Both the position numbers and the translations under genes were made by a program. Shown in pieces: positions 27,601 through 37,700 of a stretch of 64,000 bases of DNA. Within the stretch, counting starts at the first letter, position 1. Every line of letters begins with the position of its first letter. Under the pieces are notes generated by a model, which saw only the letters and a program-made list of their open reading frames with translations, was not told the DNA's origin and did not search any database. Source of the DNA: Macrostomum lignano (lineage: Eukaryota); NCBI GenBank assembly GCA_002269645.1, contig NIVC01000035.1:670308-734307 (forward strand), written 5' to 3'.

Positions 27601-27954
27601 TAGACTGCTGGTTACTAACTTTGCCGCGAAGTCCGATATATTTAAGTCTTTAAATGGATACTTGAGAATTTTAGTTAAGCTGTTTATTAGTCTGTCCTGG
27701 CGATGTGATAAGATATTCTTTCTCTTTTTTTGTGTCTACCGTCTAGTCGTCTTTTTGGCTTACACTATATAATAAAAAACTATATATATACTTTTGCTGT
27801 CATGCACCTCCAGTCATCAAATGTCTGTCTGGGAGCTTACAAAAAGTTAATAATGAAAAGTTCATTTCGATGATTGAAGCACGCCATATATTACAGACAA
27901 AAAGCATTTTTATGTTGCTGTACTTGTCCATTTTTTATTTTAGCCTGTCACACC

Positions 27955-28337
27955 CCCGATTTCTAGAATAGCCCGCAACCCACCCCTCACCCCGATTTCT
28001 AGAATAGCCTGCCACCCACCCCTCACCCCGATTTCTAGAATAGCCTGCCACCCACCTCTCACCCCGATTTCTAGAATAGCCCGCCACCCACCCCTCACCC
28101 GATTTCTAGAATAGCCCGCAACCCACCCCTCACCCCGATTTCTAGAATAGCCTGCCACCCACCCCTCACCCCGATTTCTAGAATAGCCTGCCACCCACCT
28201 CTCACCCCGATTTCTAGAATAGCCCGCCACCCACCCCTCACCCGATTTCTAGAATAGCCCGCCACCCACCCCTCACCCAATTTCTAGAATAGCCCGCCAC
28301 CCACCCCTCACCCGATTTCTAGAATAGCCTGCCACCT
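27955..28337. repeat. 35-36 bp minisatellite CCCGATTTCTAGAATAGCCCGCCACCCACCCCTCA upstream of IF1
   Basis: Direct inspection. Confidence 0.95.
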
Positions 28338-28484
28338 AGATAAAACAAAAGTTAGTGCTTGTGATCTGTTTAATAGCGTTAAACTATGGCTATCAAATTT
28401 AGGTTAATTTACAAACCTCACATCTTATCACCCCATGTTTTTTGTCAGAAAAACAGTCAACACAAACTGTCCTACCTGACGAAA

Positions 28485-28877
28485 ATGTCTTACCTGACCA
28501 TTGGCCGACACCTATTTCGCAATCAGCGTCTTCTTTTAGGTGGCAGCAATAGCAACAATACTTGCCTAGCAGTACCAATAATCTGCAGACAGATGTCCGG
28601 TAACGAATTGGGCCGCGGCGCCGGCAAAGGCGGCGGCTCTGGCGGCTCTATTCGCGACGCCGGCGGGTCGATGGGCAAGGCCCAGGCCGCCAAGGAGGAG
28701 GAATATTTTCGCAGATTGGAACGCGAACAGCTGGCCGAGATGCAGCATAGCCTTAAACAGGAAGTTGAGCATCACGAGAAAGAGATCGCGCATCACCTGG
28801 AAGCGATTAAGAAGCACCGGGCTAGCATGAATCAGCTGGATCAGGCTGCTAGAGGTGACGAAAACAAGAAGCACTGA
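28485..28877 (+). CDS. ATP5IF1: Mitochondrial F1Fo-ATPase inhibitory factor IF1, intronless, 130 aa including presequence
   Basis: GAGKGGGSGGSIRDAGGSMGKAQAAKEEEYFRRLEREQL is the IATP-family signature, followed by a His-rich coiled coil (EHHEKEIAHHLEAIKKH). The N-terminal ~36 aa are Arg-containing and acid-free and end RQM|S, like a targeting peptide. ATG 28485 is preferred over the ORF-track start at 28386. Confidence 0.93.
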   Translation: MSYLTIGRHLFRNQRLLLGGSNSNNTCLAVPIICRQMSGNELGRGAGKGGGSGGSIRDAGGSMGKAQAAKEEEYFRRLEREQLAEMQHSLKQEVEHHEKEIAHHLEAIKKHRASMNQLDQAARGDENKKH

Positions 28878-29361
28878 TTAAAACAAAAATCACTCAAATT
28901 AATGTAGCGCCACCTTTTTTATTTCAATTTTTTCACTACTTCCTACTTATTGTAAGTAGGCTATTTCGAACGCTTGCTGAGTAGATGTTTTTTTCTGAAC
29001 AACAATTTAATATCTGAGATAATTTAGGTAAAGAATCTTTTTATTCGCCCAGATCTTTATTAAGTATTGGTTTACTACTTTCGTCTTGTTATTGTAATTA
29101 TAGATTTTATAGCATCTTTAATTTAATCTAGCTGCATACACAACAGTTTTTTCATTGTTTTCGACATTGTAGCTTCGTGTGTGTTAACAAAATAAATATA
29201 TTCAAATATTCGTTCATAGTTAATTTTCGAACAGTTAGTTTGCTAACAATCATAAAATGTTTTGGTTTTTGCTGTCCGAATTGAATTATTTTTTCACCGA
29301 CCAATTAATTGGGATAAGAGTTATGAACAGCATGTATGCCCCTACTATTAAAGTAGTTAAA

Positions 29362-29622
29362 CATTCCAATTCCAATAGGGCCAGATGTGCAACCGACAGC
29401 TCAGCTATTGCTGCGTACGGCTGTTCAGTCCAAGGACTGGGGGGGTCACCACACACACCCTCAATTTTACCCCAGCTAATGCCGGCACCCATTTTACAGC
29501 TGGGTGAACTGAAGCAATGCGGAGTCAAGAGTCTTGCTCAAGGACACAGATTGTTCCAGTGGGACCGGGAATCGAACCCCCGACCTTCAAGTCGTGAGTC
29601 CGACGCTCTGACCACTTAGTCC
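29362..29622 (-). mobile_element. tRNA-derived SINE with CORE-like central domain (more intact copy)
   Basis: The minus strand reads A-box-like TAAGTGGTCAGAGC (29618-29605), B box GGTTCGATTCC (29578-29568), then GTGTCCTTGAGCAAGAC...TTGCTTCAGTTCACCCAGCTGTAAAATGGG (CORE/MIR-like), and a short ATTGGA repeat tail. Nearly colinear with the copy at ~20.4 kb. Confidence 0.85.
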
Positions 29623-31562
29623 TTCTTTGTCTTTCAATGCGTGGAGCAGTTTTTGAAGACATTTTTTTCCTCGGATCTCGCCCAAGCAGGTGTTGCTATC
29701 TCGGGCTCCTGCCGATGGTGGTTTGTCATCTCCCCTGTCGATTTGGATAAAAAACTTTGGCGAGAAAACTCGTGTCCACTCGAATTTGTGTGAATAAAAG
29801 AAAACTGAAACCGCATGAATGCGAGTTATGGAGTTCTGGCTGGTGGTTAGCAATTTTGATTGACAGTTTTGCCTTTGACTGGCCATCTGCGGTGTCGCTT
29901 CGCGCTTCACGCGCCTCATGGGGCGTATGTGTTAGTTTTTCGGGTGAATGAAATTTATCTATGATTTTCATAATTTATCACAAGCTGTAGTGCCGCGGAC
30001 TTGCTGCACATAGCGGTGACACATCGAAGAATTGGGCCTGCTGGCTTGCAGATGCAGACACGCTGTTGTTGCCGTTGCGTGGATCTAGATTAAGCTTTTC
30101 GTGGCTTCGGTTTTTGCTGCCTCGTCTGTCTTAGTTTTGGTCTTTTTAATTTCGATTTTATTCAGGGACTGTTTGGGTCCAATACCGAGTAATTGATTCG
30201 TTGCGCAGAGCGAAATGGTAATTCGTGTCGTGCTCTTGGCGTCATATTTTCAGAGTTGTCTATAGGCAAGCCCGTTTCACGTCTCACGATCACACTGCAG
30301 GGTGTACGGCAGCCTCTGACTTTCTCATATTCAGGAAGTTTACACTGCAGTCTGTGTCTGCATGATCGCGTGCGTGCCCAGGGGGTCATCACTCATCAGA
30401 GAAATGGGCGTGTGACCTCTTACCACTTTAATCAACTCATTAAAACATTTTACCTGATAATATTGTTACCTTTACATGTATGTCTATTTTAATTCACTCC
30501 TGGCTCTCCTGTGTATCCCGGCAACAGCTTGCAACTTTGTCTTCAGTGAAAAGTTTTCGCCGCATGTTTAGAAGTCTCTCCAGTTTTTCTTTGTTTAACA
30601 ACCCCAATCTACCGTAATGTTACCGTCCTTCTCTGCTAGTTTTTTTCACACCTTTATTAGCTAGTTTCTCTTCTCGACACACGGTAAAGAAGCGAGACTT
30701 TAACCTCACTGCCATGTCTCACTCTTTTAGTTGGGCCGATTTTTTAACGAAGAAATTGTGTCAAATATTTGCTAAAAAACCTTTGTTTAAAAAGTTTGTT
30801 TGAATTGAGTTTTCCTGGAAATAGGACCCTCCGCTCGCATGCAGCTTCGAGTCAATATTTTCCAATTTTGTTAAACAGCTCACTCTTTTTACAAAAAAGT
30901 TGCATCCTGCTTTTGCTGCAGATGTCCGCAAAAGAATTTAGTCATGGTTTTGCGAGTATGAAGGCACTGAAATACCCCTATTGTTGTGTATTTCCAAATC
31001 AAGTCTAGCAATAATTATGTGCTTTTGATGAGTGTATAGCCGTATAGGTTTCAAAAAGTTTAAAACAAAGCGTTGAGAAATAAATTGAGTTGAATCGTGT
31101 ACTCCTTCGAAATTGAAGAATTAACAAATAAACAAAAAATTAATTTACGAGTAAATTGATACATGTAAGTCGACAGAAAACTTCTAAGAATTGCCATGAT
31201 TGAAATAGTGAAAGGATATCTGATAAGACTGAAAAAGATATATACTACTGATTGCAACGAAGGTACTACAAACAGATTATCATCTAAACGAAAAATCTAA
31301 TCTAAAAGTTAAGCACATGCGAAACAAATCAATGTGTACAGATGGATCCGCTCGTTAGAGCTGAGATTTCCGACGGATTTGCCATGGAGTTTCCACGGAT
31401 TTACCATGGAATTTCCACGGATTTACCATGGATTCTATGGATTACAGTTGTGCAAAAGTAAAACAAGAATTAGTTATGCAACTACTGACACAAGAATTTT
31501 GAATATTATTTGTCAATCGATTCAATTATTAGCCCCGTTATTTATCATTACAATAAATGAGG

Positions 31563-31829
31563 ATGTAAACTTAAGAGTCAAAATGGAGCCGAAAAATTGG
31601 GTCCCGATTTCTTTACTCCAGTCCCTTCATTTGGAGCCAAATGGCTCTCGTTATGTCTAAAAACGACCACTTTAGCATTTGGGAATCTATATGGGGAGAA
31701 ATGGGATAAATGGGGATTTCAAGTGATCGGAAACCTTAGAGCGTTTATCATGATCATCTCATCATTTAAGTATTTGAAGCTCCAAATGAAAGGATTGGCG
31801 TAGAGAAACCGGGACTCTTAAGTTCACAT
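31563..31829. mobile_element. MITE-like inverted repeat downstream of the DMRT stop codon
   Basis: 31599-31637 (GGGTCCCGATTTCTTTACTCCAGTCCCTTCATTTGGAGC) pairs with 31779-31817 (39 bp, 6 mismatches). The outer ATGTAAACTTAAGAGTC (31563-31579) pairs with GACTCTTAAGTTCACAT (31813-31829). Confidence 0.55.
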
Positions 31830-31894
31830 AGTTTTTATAGCAATTCTTTTACCACAGGTAGACAAATTGATTAACCTGGTATTATCCAAAGCAG

Positions 31895-33003
31895 TCAAAT
31901 ATTGCCCTCATCGTTCTGCGGCGCAAAATTTGAACAATTCAATGGCGCATTGCTCTGCGACTGCAGCTGGTGCTGCGCCTGTAGGTGGTGCGGCAGAGGT
32001 GCGGCCTGAGTCCAGCAGAGGGATCTGGGATCCAACCACGCCTGCGGCAGAGTTGCCACCGAGGCAGCCGCGGTGGCCATGGCTTGTTGAAGAAAGAAAA
32101 TTGAAGCCGCCTGCGGTGGTGGCGCTGACCGGGCAGCAATCAGCGGCGTCGGTGGCGCGACGTGGGACGCACCGACGGCGCTTGCCGCTGGCAGCAGTTG
32201 CTCAATGGAGGTCATTAAATTATTGTTGCAACTGGCAAGCACCTGACTCAAGGTGGGCCGATCTAGACTGGGAAATAGTCGCATTAGCAGGGTAATTGAC
32301 TCGGCTGGAGATTCAAGTCCAGTGCCCTGCTGAGATGCTTCATAGGACCTCAGATCTGCAGCATTGCTCTTGGCCCCATCATCTGCTCAGGCATTGGGTG
32401 AATTGAGTGGTGATTATTTAAATCTGTGCTGTAAGGATTATCTAAATCGAAGCTGTGAGGATTATCTGAGTAGGTGCTTCAAGACCAGCTCAATTGTAAC
32501 TCACCACCGTTGTCTCCTCCAGCAGCCAAATCGACATCCTGGTTGCCATCTTCACCGGCGTCAGCAGCCGCGGCCGCCTGCAGGCATCGAAGCCCCGCAG
32601 CCACCGCGTCCTCGGCACTCTGCTGCCGTTTCAACGCCACCTGAGCCGCCATGACTCGCTGTCTCTCGGCGATCAAGCCGCACTTGGCGCAGGCGCAGTC
32701 GCGGTACGGGCAGTGCCTCTTGTGGCCCTTCAACCAGCTGACCGCGCCGTGGTTTCTGCAGCGAGCGCATTTCGGGCGTCGGGCTCCGCTGCCTCCGGCT
32801 GCGGCGACTGCGGTACTCGGCGGCTGGTGTTGTCGATTCAACAACTGACGCTGACGATTCAGCAGCGACGGTCGGAGCATCTTGACCAGTGACCGGGTCA
32901 GGGCTGGATCCAGGCTGCTGGCGAGGTGCAGGGTTGGCGACCCGTTGTTGGCGCGACTGCTGCTGGCGGCTGTGACGGCTGGGTCCATTGTGACTGGCTG
33001 CAT
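31895..33003 (-). CDS. dmrt93B: Doublesex/mab-3-related transcription factor with DM domain and DMA (CUE-like) domain; Dmrt93B-like, 2 exons, ~328 aa
   Basis: Exon 1 (32505-33003) encodes [64 protein letters not shown]; donor G|GTGAGT. Exon 2 (31895-32382, alternative in-frame acceptor 32355) encodes [37 protein letters not shown] (DMA). The ALKRQQxxEDA tail matches the Dmrt93B clade as recalled. The DMRT family call is certain; the subfamily call is less so. Confidence 0.88.
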
Positions 33004-33041
33004 GTGTCCGCTGTGCTGCCAGCTCTCAGACCAGGTTGTAG

Positions 33042-33110
33042 CTTATATATAGCAGCGTCTGACATATAGACCAATCGAATTTCAGATGCCAATTTTCTTG
33101 CCATGGCAGC
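33042..33110 (-). promoter_or_regulatory. Putative DMRT core promoter: TATA box, CCAAT, and a palindromic X-box-like site
   Basis: Minus-strand TATATATAAG at 33051-33042, ~40 nt upstream of the ATG (33003); CCAAT at 33071-33075; TGCCATGGCA palindrome within 33097-33110. Confidence 0.45.
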
Positions 33111-33209
33111 TGTCCATGGACTGGCTGATGAAGTCAGAAAATACTACAATTTTTTATAAAGCACCGAATTAAATGCCTGTGCATTAAGTGGGTTAAAAGA
33201 GGGTGGTCA

Positions 33210-33545
33210 AGAGAGTGAGCACAGGTGTGTCTGGAGTGAGCACGGGTGTGTCTGGAGAGAACACAGGCACAGGTCTAGAGAGAGCACAGGTGTCTAGAGA
33301 GAGCACAGGTAAGTCTGGAGAGAGCACAGGCAAGTCTGGAGAGAGCACAGGTAAGTCTGGAGAGAGCACAGGTGTCTTGAGAGAGCACAGGTGTCTGGAG
33401 AGAGCACAGGTGTCTGGAGAGAGCACAGGTAAGTCTGGAGAGAGCACAGGTAAGTCTGGAGAGAGCACAGGTAAGTCTGGAGAGAGCAGAGGTAAGTCTG
33501 GAGAGAGCACAGGTAAGTCTGGAGAGAGCACAGGTAAGTCTTGAG
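33210..33545. repeat. 21-bp minisatellite GAGAGCACAGGTAAGTCTGGA
   Basis: Direct inspection; the unit contains CAG|GTAAGT. Confidence 0.93.
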
Positions 33546-34103
33546 AGAGAACCGGTGTCCGAAGTGTCATAATATGTTTCAGGAGGTAGAGAACAGGTGT
33601 CATGAGAGTCGGAAATAGGTCAGGACAGTCAGCAAAGGTGTCAGAAGGTGTCAAAATCTGATGTCTGGTCGCAGGATCGTCAACATTAGTTTCGATTGAT
33701 TGGGGTATCAGCTGGGGTGCCAGCGTATTTGTTTTGTCTTCTTCAAATAAGAACTCCAAACCACTGAAGAATTTTCCGAGCATACTACTACCGGTGGATG
33801 AAGTAGTATCAACAGTAGGACTAAACACTGTGATAGTCGAGCTGTGACGAACTTTAATTGCTTCATCTCAAGCAATTAACTTGCTCTTGCTTTTATTGCA
33901 CTTACGCTGTAGCAAGACATTAATTGCATGGTAAATTTCTGAGTGCCGAGAGAATCTTCTTTTAATTGTACCCTACGCTGTATTTTTAATAGCTTTGTCA
34001 TTTTTTCATTTTTTTTCTGTTCGGCGAAAGCTCAATTCTTTCTATTTATCTTTGAGCCTTGCTCGTAACTTGTTAAAACGCACTCGTGAGTTTTTTCAGT
34101 TTC

Positions 34104-34475
<372 letters not shown>

Positions 34476-34757
34476 TAATGCTAAGCAGACACGAGTCAGT
34501 CCAACTCTGACTCAGTGCTGCTGAGAATGCAAAGTTATGAGAAAGACTTCGGAATTGACGCATAGCACAGGAAAGCGATGTCATAGCTCATATATATATA
34601 AATAACTCACTGGAGAACAATGGCGCGACAGAGACGCAGGAAAGGAGAGAGTTTCACCAGTTTAAATGCGCTGCCATCGTAAAAAACTAGAATTCGCAAG
34701 CTGTAAGAGTATCGAAGTGCAAGAGAAACCCTCTTATAGAACAATTCAGACTGCGCC

Positions 34758-37700
34758 ATGTCAAGCCCTGCTGCTGTCACAGCCGCAGCTCCGGACGGAG
34801 ACTGGGGCTGGGTGGTCGTCGCCGCCAGCTTCTTCATCCACGTTGTTATGGACGGTTTAACCTACGCGTTCGGCGTGCTGGCGGCTGAGTTTGCTGAGAA
34901 TCTCGGCTCGAGTCGACAACTCAACGGCTGGATTACGTCAGTGCTAGTCAGTGTGCTACTTGGCGCTGGGCCCGTTGTCAGCTTGGCCTGCAGAAGATTT
35001 GGTGACAGGCTGGTGACCATCGTTGGAGCTGTCTTGGCCAGCCTTGGCTTCGCCTTGTCCTACTTTGTGCAGCAGCCGCAAATGTTCATTGTCACCATCA
35101 GCTTGTTGGCTGGTAATAATTACATTCTTAGTAAAAGATATTTTACAAGCAAGTATTATTCGGACGTACTTATTGTTACAGTACATGTACGTTCGGTAGT
35201 CAATAGATTTCTAAAAATGCTCGTACCAGGTGGTTTCAATTTTACGAAATTTCATATCTCCGACACTTCTTATCTCCGGCACTTCATATCTCCGACGCGT
35301 CAAATCTCCGACACTTCATATCTCCGACACTTCATATCTCCGACACTTCATATCTCCGACACTTCATATCTCATGAAATGTCGGAGATATGAAGTGTCGG
35401 AGATATGAAGTGTCGGAGATATGAAGTGTCGGAGATATGAAGTGTCGGAGATATGAAGTGTCGGAGATATGAAGTGTCGGAGATATGAAATGTCGGAGAT
35501 ATAAAAGAGGTGCTGTCAGAAAGATAAAATTTCGGAGATTTGAAATTATCCCAAAGTAGCAACCTTGGATATATACCATGTCCCACCGTACATGTACAGT
35601 GTATAAAGAAGACATCGGCGCTACTGACAGAATTCATCAGGAGCCGGATTTGAAAAGTGATTTGAAAAGAAGTTTTGTCACTGGTGTCAGTAGGATGCTG
35701 GAATTATAATTTTTTTTGTTACGACGTCATCTTTTATTATCTAAACAAACAGGTTTCGGAATTAGCCTGATGTACCTGCCTGCCATTGTGTGCGTAGGCG
35801 TTTATTTTGACAAACGACGCTCAACCGCTATTGGCATAGCTGCCTGCGGCTCTGGACTGGGTGAGTACGCTTGAACACCATTCGATGGACAGTGGATACC
35901 CGCACAGGTAACTTGTACTTTAACCCGAATCCTACACAGACACCTTGAGGACATCCCCCAATTCCTGAACCGGTATACCTTGAGAACACCCCGGTTCCTT
36001 AACCGGTATTCCTTGAGAACACCTCGATTCCTCAACCGGTATTCCTTGAGAACACCTCGATTCCTCAACCGGTATTCCTTGAGAACACCCCGATTCCTCA
36101 ACCGGTATTACTTGAGAACACCCCGATTCCTCAACCGGTATTACTTGAGAACACCCCGATTCCTCAACCGGTATTACTTGAGAACACCCTTGACCAGCGT
36201 TACAAGGCACCTATAGATTCCCAACCATAAAATCCCAACCCTAACACCCCTGACCATGCAGGTATTTTCATTTTCGGACTTCTAATAAACTATTTAATCG
36301 CTGAGTACACCTGGCGAGGCGCTATGCTCATCCTGGCTGGAATAGTGCTCAACTGTGCCGTATTCGCCTGCCTACTGAGACCTCTTCCAGTGCCAAAGTC
36401 ATCGGTTAACGTGTTAGACATTGAATGCAATAGATTTGAGCCTAGTAGTGCACTGAACTCCAAATCAAGTGGATTCGAGTTCCGCTCGCTGCCGCATCTG
36501 AGCACCAATAGGGTGATAAAAATCAATCAACGAGTAGCCAGCGTTGACCAACTGGAGACGGTAGGTCGGCAGAGACCGCTCCCCCTGTTAGTCAGTAGGT
36601 CGGCCTTTGTAGCCGCTTCATCTCTCAACCTGGCCACGACCAAGCCCGACCCGTCGTCCTCTAGCGGCAGCAGCCCGACCTCCCCGCTGGCGGTTATCCG
36701 CCGTCGAGTCCAGCAACTGTTTCCAGCCGACCTGCTCGGCGACCCGGCCTTCCTGCTGTTTCTGGGATCCAACCTGCTGTTTAGCGTCGGCTTCGATGCG
36801 CCGTTTCTTTACACGCCGGACCGAGCGATGCAGGCCGGGTACTCGGCCACGCAGTCCGCCCTGCTTCTGTCCGTGATCGGAGTGGCCAATATGATTGGCA
36901 GGTTGGCCTTCGGGCTGCTGTCCGACAGGCCCGGGGTGAACAAGCCGGCGCTCTACGCAACGGCGCTGGCCGTCGCTGGGGCGGCGCTGTTTTTCAGCTT
37001 CATCTCCGAAGTTTACGCCTTCATGGCCGTTTATTGCGCCGTTTTTGGTGTTTTTGTCGGTAAGAGAAAGCCTTAATATTGATAAGGACTCAATGCACTT
37101 TTATTTGGCAGCATCAAACAAAGATACTAAAATAGCAAAACAGCTTTCTACTATCAGATCAGTAGCAAAGAAGAATACATAAGCTATTTTATAAAAATAA
37201 AGGCAGCTGAAATTACTTTGATAAGTTTAGAAGCCCAAAGCTTACTTATTGTAAACAGCTTGCTATTGCTACGAGTAATTGGTTTAGCAATAATGTACAC
37301 TGCCCACTTCACTGAAATGTACATGGCAGCTTTAGGCTGGAATTCAGAAAAAAGCAATAAAAATTGAGGTGGGCTGGGGGGGTTAGTGTGGAAAGGCGCG
37401 GCTGAAGGTCGGAGGGTTTAAGCTCGAGTTAAGAGCCATAAATGAGCCTTGGCTTAAAAATTATATTAAAATGCTTCTGTTTAACTTACTACTGAACTGA
37501 AAGTAGCTTACACGCAAATGTACTGAGTGGCCCATCAAGTTATTCTACTACTAGTATCTGTGGGCAGCATCTGTCCAATCATTATCATGATTCAATCACA
37601 GATGAATATCACATTCAATCACATTCACATTTTACAGGCGCCTATGTAACGCTAACGCCAGCCGTTCTGGCGCACTTACTCGGTCCGGAGAGGCTCAGTG

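Noticed and set aside
24700-27900. Short ORFs in the AT-rich region after GRK2
   Set aside because: AT-rich, no codon bias like the real exons; most likely long 3'UTR or intergenic DNA.
28386-28484. Longer 163-aa IF1 start from the ORF track
   Set aside because: The extension crosses a polypyrimidine/AG splice-acceptor-like site and is unlike a presequence; ATG 28485 gives a typical IF1 length.
29550-29622. tRNA-like sequence (A and B boxes) as a tRNA gene
   Set aside because: It continues directly into a SINE body shared with a second copy, and I could not fold a complete cloverleaf with a matching acceptor stem.
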